Below are positions 1-8,053 of a stretch of DNA of 64,000 nucleotides, piece by piece. Under the pieces are notes generated by a model, which worked only from the letters and a program-made list of their open reading frames with translations, had not been told where the DNA came from and did no database searches. The DNA is from an uncultured delta proteobacterium (lineage in GTDB: Bacteria; Myxococcota; Myxococcia; Myxococcales; Myxococcaceae), in NCBI GenBank assembly GCA_963796055.1, contig CAWCKH010000004.1, positions 3,168,001-3,232,000 on the forward strand, given 5' to 3'. The position numbers were made by a program, and so were the translations under genes. How positions within the stretch are numbered: the stretch's first letter is position 1; every line of letters begins with the position of its first letter.

Positions 1-1907
1 CCGCCCCGGTGCAGGACGCCCAACCCCGGCTCCCCGCGACCGGGGTCCGTGCCATCCTGGTCAACAGCGGCAACGCCAACGCCCTCACCGGCGAGGAAGG
101 CCGCAAGGACGTGGCCCAGGTCCGGCGGGCGCTCGGCGCGGTCCTTCGCGTGCCGCCCGAGTCGACGTTCACCGCCAGCACCGGCGTCATCGGCGTCCGG
201 CTCCCGGTGGAGAAGATCACCCACGGGCTCGGCCGCCTCGTCGAGTCCCTGGGCCCGAGCTGCGAGCCCGCCGCCGAGGCGATCCTGACCACCGACACTC
301 ACCCCAAGGTGGCGCGCCGGTCGCTCCACCTCGGTGGGCGGGAGGTGAGCATCCTCGGGTTCGCCAAGGGCTCGGGGATGATCGCCCCCCAGATGGCGAC
401 GATGATCGCCGTCGTGTGCACCGATGCGGCGATTCCTCCTCCGGTCCTCGCCCGGGCGCTCCGGAGCGCGGTCGACGCGAGCTTCCACGCCGTGGTCGTC
501 GACGGCGACATGAGCACCAACGACTGCGTGTTCGCCCTGGCCAACGGGATGGCGGCGAACGCCCCGGTCGGCGAGGCAGGCCCGGACTACGAGAGCTTCT
601 GCGCCGCGCTGACCGACGTCTGCGCCGAGCTCGCCCGCGACATCGCCGCCGACGGTGAGGGCGCCACCAAGCTGCTCACGGTGGAGATCACCCAGGCGCC
701 GAGCGCGGCGATCGCCCGGGACATCAGCAAGGCCATCGCCGTCTCGCCCCTGGTGAAGACCGCGCTCTTCGGCGCCGATCCCAACTGGGGCCGGGTGCTG
801 GCCACCGTCGGCGCGCGCGCCGGGAGCCAGGACTACCCCATCGACCCCGAGCAGGCCGAGGTCCGGATCCAGGGTGTACGGGTGTTCGGCGACGGCGCGC
901 CGCAGCCGCACGACCCGGAGACGCTCCGGGCGCGCATGCGCGAGCCGGAGGTGGTGGTGGAGGTGGCGCTGGCCGCCGGCAAGGATTCGGCGACCGCCTG
1001 GGGCTGCGACTTCAGCTACGACTACGTGAAGATCAACGCCGACTACACCTCGCTCATCGTCCCCCAGGCGGACGGCTCGGTGCGGCGCGAGGACCGGCTC
1101 ACCCGGTACAGCCCGGGCTTCAAGCAGACGCTGCTGGTCGAGGCGCTCAAGTACATCTCCCGCTTCTCCGGGACCACCTGCGTGCTGGGCTACGGCGGGG
1201 AGGGGCTCCGCAAGAGCTCGAACCGGGCGAGCTTCTGCGAGGACGTGGTGCTCCTCCGCTCGGTGGGGCTCCGGCCGGTGGTTGTGCACGGTGCCGTCCC
1301 GCCGGAGGAGGGGATGCCCCCGGTGGATCCCGACGTGCTGGAGATGGTCCTCACCGGACGAATCACCGGGGACCTGGTGGCGCTGCTCAACGCCGGGGGT
1401 GGCCGCGCAGTGGGCGTCTCGGGCAAGGACGGGCCGCTGCTCCGCGCCGTTCCTTCGGCGTCCGACGCCGCCGCCCTGGGCGAGCGCAGGGGCGAGGTCC
1501 GCGAGGTGAACCGCGGGTTCCTCGAGATGTTGATGGAGAAGGACTACCTCCCGGTCATCGCCCCGGTGGGGATCGGGCCGGGGGGCGAGACGCTGCACCT
1601 GTCCCCGGAGGGTGCCGCCGCCGAGGTGGCCATCGCGCTCGGGGCGCCGAAGCTCATCCTCCTCCAGGACGCCAAGGGCCTGGTCGCGGGCGGCGAGGTC
1701 CGCAACCAGCTGACGGTCACCGACCTCGAGCGCCAGCTCGCCGACGGCGCCGTGCCTGCGCAGAGCAAGCCGCTGGTGCACGCCATCCTCCGCGCGCTCG
1801 CCGGTGGAGTGGAGCGGGTCCACGTGCTCGACGGCCGGCTGGCCCACGCCACCATCGCCGAGCTCTTCACCGACCACGGCGTCGGCACGCTGGTGACCGC
1901 CGGATGA
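1..1907 (+). CDS. argJ: Ornithine acetyltransferase ArgJ fused to a C-terminal acetylglutamate kinase (ArgB)-like domain; 5' end lies outside the window
   Basis: ArgJ motifs NSGNANA, STGVIG, KGSGMIAPQMATM (autocleavage Ala-Thr), DGDMSTND, DGEGATK, WGCDFSYDYVKINADY. The same frame continues into an amino-acid-kinase fold (EALKYI...ELFTDHGVGT). Confidence 0.93.
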   Translation, partial: APVQDAQPRLPATGVRAILVNSGNANALTGEEGRKDVAQVRRALGAVLRVPPESTFTASTGVIGVRLPVEKITHGLGRLVESLGPSCEPAAEAILTTDTHPKVARRSLHLGGREVSILGFAKGSGMIAPQMATMIAVVCTDAAIPPPVLARALRSAVDASFHAVVVDGDMSTNDCVFALANGMAANAPVGEAGPDYESFCAALTDVCAELARDIAADGEGATKLLTVEITQAPSAAIARDISKAIAVSPLVKTALFGADPNWGRVLATVGARAGSQDYPIDPEQAEVRIQGVRVFGDGAPQPHDPETLRARMREPEVVVEVALAAGKDSATAWGCDFSYDYVKINADYTSLIVPQADGSVRREDRLTRYSPGFKQTLLVEALKYISRFSGTTCVLGYGGEGLRKSSNRASFCEDVVLLRSVGLRPVVVHGAVPPEEGMPPVDPDVLEMVLTGRITGDLVALLNAGGGRAVGVSGKDGPLLRAVPSASDAAALGERRGEVREVNRGFLEMLMEKDYLPVIAPVGIGPGGETLHLSPEGAAAEVAIALGAPKLILLQDAKGLVAGGEVRNQLTVTDLERQLADGAVPAQSKPLVHAILRALAGGVERVHVLDGRLAHATIAELFTDHGVGTLVTAG

Positions 1908-2389
1908 GGCCCCGCGAGGAGCAGACCACCGAGGCCCGCCGCGAGGCGATCCGTCGCCTCATCCGTGGCCGGAAGGTCGCGACCCAGGAGGATCTCCGCT
2001 CGCTCCTGGCCGACCAGGGCTTCGAGGTGACCCAGGGCACGCTCTCTCGCGACCTGGCCCGGCTGGGCGCCCGGCGGGCTGCCGGATTAGAGGGGGGCAC
2101 GGTCTACGAGCTTCCCCCCGAGGGGTCCTCGGTTCCCGCCCCCGGGCTCCTCGAGGCGCTCGACCCCCTCGTCCGCGGAGTGCGAGACAACGGTGCGCTG
2201 GTGGTGGTGCACACCACTCCCGGCGCGGCCCCGGCGGTCGCCCTGGCGCTGGACCAGGCGCGCTTGCCGGAGGTGCTGGGAACGATTGCCGGCGACGACA
2301 CGGTGTTCGTCGCCCCGGCGCAGGCTGCCTCGGCGTCGAGGCTCACCAGGGTCCTCCAGGGACTCCTACAGAAGGGAAGAAGGTCATGA
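1904..2389 (+). CDS. argR: Arginine repressor
   Basis: TQEDL, VTQGTLSRDL winged helix, GTIAGDDT arginine-binding motif; ATGA overlap with the upstream gene. Confidence 0.95.
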   Translation: MRPREEQTTEARREAIRRLIRGRKVATQEDLRSLLADQGFEVTQGTLSRDLARLGARRAAGLEGGTVYELPPEGSSVPAPGLLEALDPLVRGVRDNGALVVVHTTPGAAPAVALALDQARLPEVLGTIAGDDTVFVAPAQAASASRLTRVLQGLLQKGRRS

Positions 2390-3588
2390 AGAGAGAGAAG
2401 ATCGTCCTCGCGTACTCCGGAGGCCTGGACACGTCGGTCCTGGTCCGCATCCTCACCGAGGATTATGGCTACGACGTGGTGTGCTGCCACGCCGACGTGG
2501 GCGAGGCGCGCGACGCCAAGGCGCTCACCGAGCGGGCCAAGGCCGCCGGGGCGATCGCCATGGAGATGGTGGACGCCAAGGAGGAGTTCGCCAAGGACTT
2601 CTGCTTCCCGGCGCTGCAGGCCAACGCGCTCTACGAGGGCGTGTATCCGCTCTCGGCCGCGCTCAGCCGCCCGCTGATCGCCAAGCACCTGGTGGACATC
2701 GCCCACAATTACGGAGCCACCGCGGTGGCCCACGGCGCGACCGGCAAGGGCAACGACCAGGTACGGTTCGACCTGGCGGTGAAGGGTCTCGACCCGGCGC
2801 TGAAGATCATCGCCCCCCAGCGCGAGCGGAACATCAGCCGCGACGAGGCGATGGACTACGCCGCCAAGCACGGCATCGCGGTGCCCACCACCCGGAAGAG
2901 CCCGTTCAGCATCGACGAGAACCTCTGGGGGCGCAGCATCGAGGGCGGGGTACTGGAGGATCCGGCCACCGAGCCCCCCGAGGAGGCCTTCGCCTGGACG
3001 AGGTCGTGGAAGGACGCGCCGGCCGAGCCGGGGCTCATCCGCATCGGCTTCGAGGCTGGATATCCAGTGTCGGTCAACAGCGAGCGGCTGTCCCCCGCCA
3101 GGCTCATCACCAAGGTGGGCGAGTTCGCCGGTCTGCACGGCGTGGGCCGCATCGACCTCATGGAGAACCGGGTGGTGGGCATCAAGAGCCGGGAGACCTA
3201 CGAGTGTCCGGCCGCGGTGGCGCTCATCGCCGCCCACCAGGACCTCGAGCGGTTCACCACCCTGGGCCTGTCGGCGAGGACCAAGGCGCAGCTCGACACC
3301 ACCTTCGCCCAGCTCACCTATGACGGCTTCTGGTTCTCGCCGCTCCGGCGGGCGATCCAGGCCTTCAACGACGAGAACGACAAGTACGTCACCGGCGAGG
3401 TGACCTTGAAGCTGCACAAGGCCTCGCTCCGCGTCGTCGGCCGCAAGTCCGAGTTCGGCGTGTACAACAAGCTGCTCTCCACCTACGGCCGCGAGGACAA
3501 GTTCGACCACCGGGCCGCCGAGGGCTTCATCAACTTGCTCGGGCTCCAGCTCCAGGAGTACAGCCGTCTGCACGGGGGAGGGGCTTGA
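2386..3588 (+). CDS. argG: Argininosuccinate synthase
   Basis: LAYSGGLDTS, HGATGKGNDQVRF, SIDENLWGRSIEGG, ENRVVGIKSRE. Confidence 0.97.
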   Translation: MKREKIVLAYSGGLDTSVLVRILTEDYGYDVVCCHADVGEARDAKALTERAKAAGAIAMEMVDAKEEFAKDFCFPALQANALYEGVYPLSAALSRPLIAKHLVDIAHNYGATAVAHGATGKGNDQVRFDLAVKGLDPALKIIAPQRERNISRDEAMDYAAKHGIAVPTTRKSPFSIDENLWGRSIEGGVLEDPATEPPEEAFAWTRSWKDAPAEPGLIRIGFEAGYPVSVNSERLSPARLITKVGEFAGLHGVGRIDLMENRVVGIKSRETYECPAAVALIAAHQDLERFTTLGLSARTKAQLDTTFAQLTYDGFWFSPLRRAIQAFNDENDKYVTGEVTLKLHKASLRVVGRKSEFGVYNKLLSTYGREDKFDHRAAEGFINLLGLQLQEYSRLHGGGA

Positions 3589-5024
3589 TCGCCAAGACCG
3601 ACGCTGCCGGCGGACCGGGGCTTCTTCCGGAGGTGCTCGCCTTCTCCAGCTCGCTGGAGCAGGACCGGGCGCTGCTGCGCGAGGACCTGGTGGGCTCGAT
3701 GGCCCATCTGGCGATGCTCAGTCGCCAGGGCATCGTGCCCGCCGAGGCGGCGCGCACCATCCACGACGGCCTGGTGGCGCTGTGGCGCGACGCCGAGTCG
3801 GGCGCCTTCGTGCCCGCGGGCGAGGAGGACGTGCACATGGCGGTGGAGGCCGAGCTGACGCGCCGTCTGGGCGACGTCGCCGGCTTCCTCCACACCGGCC
3901 GCTCGCGGAACGACCAGGTGGCGCTCGACCTGCGCCTCTTCGTCCGGGAGCGGTGCGCCGACGTGCTGACCGGCCTCTCCGAGCTGCTCGCTCTGCTGGC
4001 CGGCCGGGCCGAGTCGGACCGCGAGGTCCTCTTCCCCGCCTACACCCATCGCCAGCGAGCCCAGCCGGTGAGCGCCGGCTACTGGTGGGCCGCGTACGGA
4101 GCGATGTTTGCCCGGGACGTGGAGGCGATGCGCTTCGCCCTGGCCCAGGTGGACGCCTCGCCGCTGGGGGTGGGTGCCATCGCCGGAACCTCGCTCCCCA
4201 CCGACCGGCGCATCCCCCAGGAGCTGCTCGACTTCTCCCGGCTCACCCTCAACGGTCTGGACACGGTGGGCGACCGGGACTTTGCGCTGGACTTCGTCTA
4301 CGCCGCCAGCCGGGTGCTGCTCCATGCCTCGCGGCTGGCCACCGACGTGGTGGACTTCGCCTCCAGCGAGTTCGGCTTCCTGGTGCTCGACGACGCCATC
4401 GCTTGCGGCTCGAGCCTCATGCCCCAGAAGAAGAACCCCGACGTCTTCGAGCTGGTGCGCGGCCGGAGTGGGCAGGGCATCGGCGCCCTGGTCCAGCTCT
4501 TCACCACCCTCAAGGGACTTCCCGGGGGCTACAACCGGGACCTCCAGGAGGACCGGGCCCCGCTGCTGGGAACCGCGTCGAACGTGCTGGCGGTGCTCGC
4601 CGCGCTCCGCGTGTCCATCCCCCGCATCCGCTTCGACGCCGACCGCTGCCGCGCAGCGCTGGAGCGCGACTACACCCAGGCGACGGACGTCGCCGAGGCG
4701 CTGGTCCGGGTGGGCGTCCCCTTCCGCTCGGCATACCGCCGCGTGGGCACGCTGGTCCGCAGGGCGCAAGCGGCCGGGCTGGGGCTTCTGCAGGCCCAGG
4801 ACCTCGCCCAGGCCCTCGACCCGGAGCTCGCCACCGCGCTGGCCTCGGTCGGTGACGTGCGGGCCTCCGTGGCCGGCAAGCGCAGCGCGGGCTCGACCGG
4901 GCCGGCCGAGGTGGAGCGGCAGATCGCCGTGCTCCGCCAGGCTGCCTCCGACGCCCGCGCCACCGCCTCGGCCGTTCCGCGCCTCGCTCAGCTCTTCACC
5001 ACGCTCGCCGGGGGCGGCCGGTGA
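3585..5024 (+). CDS. argH: Argininosuccinate lyase
   Basis: EDVH, HTGRSRNDQV, GSSLMPQKKNPD fumarase-superfamily signature, GYNRDLQED; TTGA overlap. Confidence 0.95.
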   Translation: MIAKTDAAGGPGLLPEVLAFSSSLEQDRALLREDLVGSMAHLAMLSRQGIVPAEAARTIHDGLVALWRDAESGAFVPAGEEDVHMAVEAELTRRLGDVAGFLHTGRSRNDQVALDLRLFVRERCADVLTGLSELLALLAGRAESDREVLFPAYTHRQRAQPVSAGYWWAAYGAMFARDVEAMRFALAQVDASPLGVGAIAGTSLPTDRRIPQELLDFSRLTLNGLDTVGDRDFALDFVYAASRVLLHASRLATDVVDFASSEFGFLVLDDAIACGSSLMPQKKNPDVFELVRGRSGQGIGALVQLFTTLKGLPGGYNRDLQEDRAPLLGTASNVLAVLAALRVSIPRIRFDADRCRAALERDYTQATDVAEALVRVGVPFRSAYRRVGTLVRRAQAAGLGLLQAQDLAQALDPELATALASVGDVRASVAGKRSAGSTGPAEVERQIAVLRQAASDARATASAVPRLAQLFTTLAGGGR

Positions 5025-5947
5025 GACACTTCCTGCGGATGGCCGACCTCGGACGCGGGGAGATCCGCCGCCTCTTCGCCCGTGCCGCCCAGTTGAAGCG
5101 GCGCCGGCGAGAGGGGCACCTTGACGACTCGCTGGCCGGCAGGACGGTGGTGCTCCTGATGGAGAAGGCCAGCACCCGGACCCGGCTCTCGTTCGCCGCC
5201 GCCGCGTTCCAGCTCGGCGGCCACGCGATCGAGCTGACCGCCAGCACCAGCCAGCTCGCCCGCGGCGAGCCCCTGTCCGACACCGCTCGGGTCGTCTCGT
5301 CGTACGCCGACGCGGTGGTGATGCGCACCACCGCCGATGCGCGACTCGCCGAGTTCGTCCGCTGGAGCTCGGTGCCGGTCATCAACGGGCTCACCGACGG
5401 CGGACACCCGGTCCAGGTGCTGACCGACCTGTTCACCGTGGAGGAGTCGGTCGGTGCGCTGGCCGGCAAGCGGATCGCCTTCGTCGGCGACGGCTCGGGC
5501 AACATGGCCCGCTCCTTCCTGGAGGCGGCCCCGCTGCTGGACTTCACCCTGCAGCTCGGGTCTCCACCGGAGTTCCGCCCGCCCGCCGCGGAGGCCCAGC
5601 CCGCCGGGAGTCACCTCCTGATCTCCGGCGATCCGCGGGCGGCGGTGGCAGGTGCCGACGTGGTGGTGACCGACGTGTGGACCAGCATGGGCCAGGAGGC
5701 GGAGGCCGCGGCGCGGCTGAAGGCCTTCCAGGGCTTCACGGTGGACGCGGCGCTGCTCGCCGCCGCACGTCCGGGTGCGATCGTCCTCCACTGTCTACCT
5801 GCTCACCGGGGCGAGGAGATCACCGACGAGGTGCTCGAGGGACCGCAGTCGCGGGTCTTCCAGGAGGCCGAGAACCGGATGCACGTGCAGAAGGCGCTGC
5901 TCGAGCACGTCATCCTCGGCGGCGTTGCCGAGACGTCAGAGGCCTGA
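5021..5947 (+). CDS. argF: Ornithine carbamoyltransferase
   Basis: STRTR, HPVQ, DVWTSMGQE, HCLPAHRGEE, AENR. Confidence 0.95.
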   Translation: MRHFLRMADLGRGEIRRLFARAAQLKRRRREGHLDDSLAGRTVVLLMEKASTRTRLSFAAAAFQLGGHAIELTASTSQLARGEPLSDTARVVSSYADAVVMRTTADARLAEFVRWSSVPVINGLTDGGHPVQVLTDLFTVEESVGALAGKRIAFVGDGSGNMARSFLEAAPLLDFTLQLGSPPEFRPPAAEAQPAGSHLLISGDPRAAVAGADVVVTDVWTSMGQEAEAAARLKAFQGFTVDAALLAAARPGAIVLHCLPAHRGEEITDEVLEGPQSRVFQEAENRMHVQKALLEHVILGGVAETSEA

Positions 5948-6074
5948 GGCCGGCCTGACACGGACGCTCCAGAGGAAACTTTGGACAACGTTCACTGATC
6001 GGCACTCCCTGGCCCCCGGGTAGAAGCGGCCTCAGGCTGCGGGGCAGAGTGTTCACCGTACGAAGGGGGGTGTC

Positions 6075-6850
6075 ATGGGGACCATCCTCGGTTCGTGGTT
6101 CGTGGAGGTCGTGGACCCGGATCCGATCGACCGGGCCCGTCTGGTGGAGGCGGTGACCGCACTGGGGGTGATGGTCCAGGGGCACGCTCGCCTGGAGGAT
6201 GGTTCGACTCTTCGCGGGAACCCGCAGCTTGGGTGTCTGCTCGTCTCCGCCGAGGACTGGACGACGACCTCCCGCGGTCTGGACGCGCTCCTCGCGGAGC
6301 TGGGGGCTGGCGTCCCGGCCGTGGCGATCGGGCGAGCGCTGTCGCTGCCGAGGGTGGTGCAGCTGCTCAAGGCAGGGGCGGTCGACGTGCTCCACAAGCC
6401 GGTCGAGCCGGCGCGCGTGCAGCGGGCGGTCCACGAGGCGCTGCTCCGGGCCACGGATGCGCGGGCGCGCGCCCGGCGGATCTCCGAGCTGCGGGCCAAG
6501 CTCGACCATCTCACCCCCAGGGAGCGGGAGGTCACCTCGCTTCTGGTGCGGGGGCTGCTGAACAAGCAGGTCGGGCGGAGCTCGGCATCGCCGAGCGGAC
6601 GGTGAAGGGCTACCGGGCGCAGATCCTCCGGAAGGTCCGTGTCTCCGGCGTGGCCGAGCTGGTGCGGATCGCCACCTTGCTCGAGCTCGAGCAGACCGCC
6701 GGCGGGTCTGTCCGCCTCGGTCTGTTCGGACCGGGCGAGCCAGGGACCGACAGGCGCCGGGCTTCCCGTGCCGCGGGCGAGATCCAGGTCGCCACTGGCC
6801 CGGTGAGGCTGGAGGCGAGAAGGGCCTGGGAGCCTGTCGGCCATCGCTGA
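6075..6850 (+). pseudogene. FixJ/LuxR-type response regulator split by a 1-nt deletion inside the HTH (pseudogene or sequencing error)
   Basis: ORF 6075..6605 reads ...LTPREREVTSLLVRGLLNKQVG. The rest of the HTH (AELGIAERTVKGYRAQILRKV) is in the frame ending at 6850. One extra G in the GGG at 6573-6575 joins the two. The receiver part is degenerate. Confidence 0.8.
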
Positions 6851-6984
6851 CTGCGGCCGCCCTGACCTCGCCGCCTCGCCGGGCTTCCCGTGCCGCGGGC
6901 GAGATCCAGCTCGCCACTGGCCCGGTGAGGCTGGAGGCGAGAAGGGCCTGGGAGCCTGTCGGCCATCGCTGACTGCGGCCGCCC
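6755..6984. repeat. Direct duplication of about 108 bp (6755-6862 and 6877-6984, period 122 bp)
   Basis: The copies differ at one position (gatccagGtc vs gatccagCtc). A 20-bp fragment, gactgcggccgccctgacct, recurs at 7033-7052. Confidence 0.92.
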
Positions 6985-7161
6985 GGACTGCGCCGACTGC
7001 AGCCCACCCGACGACACCCTGACCCGGACCTCGACTGCGGCCGCCCTGACCTAGCCCTCGCGAGGAGTTCCGGCCCCGGCCGGCAGCCTCGGGCGAACTG
7101 GCTCGAGGAGGCAGACTCTGTACCTGTCGTGGACCGCCCCCGGGCCTGTACCCTTCCGGGC

Positions 7162-7521
7162 ATGGTGGTGATCGTCTTTCGCTCCCGGCTGACGCCCGAG
7201 GCCGGCGAGGATTACCAGGCGCTCGGCGCCGAGCTGGAGCACCTGGTGCTCACCCAGCCGGGGTATGTGTCTCACAAGTACTACGAGGCCGCTGATGGAG
7301 AGCGGCTGACCCTGGTCTGGTTCCGCGACCAGGAATCCCTCCGGACCTGGAAGATGCTGCCGCGCCACCTCGAGGCGCAGCGCCGGGGCCGGGAGCGCTG
7401 GTACGAGTTCTACGAGATGGACGTCGCCGAGGTGGTTCGCAGCTCGCGGTTCAGTCGTCCGGGGGCCTCGGGCGGGCCGAGCGGCGGCGGCCCCGCCGAG
7501 CGGGCGGAAGCGGAGTCCTGA
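7162..7521 (+). CDS. Antibiotic biosynthesis monooxygenase (ABM) family protein
   Basis: MVVIVFRS...QPGYVS...WFRDQESLRTWK..H..AQRRGRERWY pattern of small ABM-domain proteins; start set at ATG 7162. Confidence 0.8.
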   Translation: MVVIVFRSRLTPEAGEDYQALGAELEHLVLTQPGYVSHKYYEAADGERLTLVWFRDQESLRTWKMLPRHLEAQRRGRERWYEFYEMDVAEVVRSSRFSRPGASGGPSGGGPAERAEAES

Positions 7522-8003
7522 TGCTCCCCGGTGGCCTGGTCGAGCGGCTTGCCGCGATGCCCCGTCTGTTGCAGGCCTGTGCGGACCGTCTGCCGCGGTC
7601 CGACTGGACGCGCCAGCCGTCTCCGGGGCTGTTCTCGCTGGTCGAGCACTGCTGCCACCTGCGTGACCTCGAGGAGGAGGGGTATTCGCTCCGGATCCGC
7701 CGGATGATGCGCGAGCAGGCTCCGGTGCTCGACGACTTCGACGGCGGGACGGTGGCCGCTGGCCGTGCCTACCCCGCCCAGGATCTGGCGGCGGCGCTCC
7801 AGGCCTTTGCCGGCGCCCGGAGCCGGAACCTCGCCGTGCTCTCGGGGCTCGATGCCCGGGCGCTCGGACGGACGGCGAACTTCGGGGTCCACGGGACCAT
7901 CACCCTTGCCCGGCTGGCGGAGCTCATGGACGAGCACGACGCGAGCCACCGCGCCGAGATCCAGGACCTGTTCCGGATGCTCGGAGTGGCAGCCCCCGAC
8001 TGA
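7521..8003 (+). CDS. DinB/YfiT-like metal-dependent protein
   Basis: FSLVEHCCHLRDLE and EHDASH His triad; TGATG coupling to the ABM gene. Confidence 0.8.
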   Translation: MLPGGLVERLAAMPRLLQACADRLPRSDWTRQPSPGLFSLVEHCCHLRDLEEEGYSLRIRRMMREQAPVLDDFDGGTVAAGRAYPAQDLAAALQAFAGARSRNLAVLSGLDARALGRTANFGVHGTITLARLAELMDEHDASHRAEIQDLFRMLGVAAPD

Positions 8004-8053
8004 GGGTCGCCGGGCCGCGGCGATCGCGAAGAGCTCGGTGGTGCGAGGAGTCC

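Noticed and set aside
6755..7052. Possible CRISPR array
   Set aside because: Only two long copies, no regular 25-45-bp repeat with unique spacers, and no cas genes.
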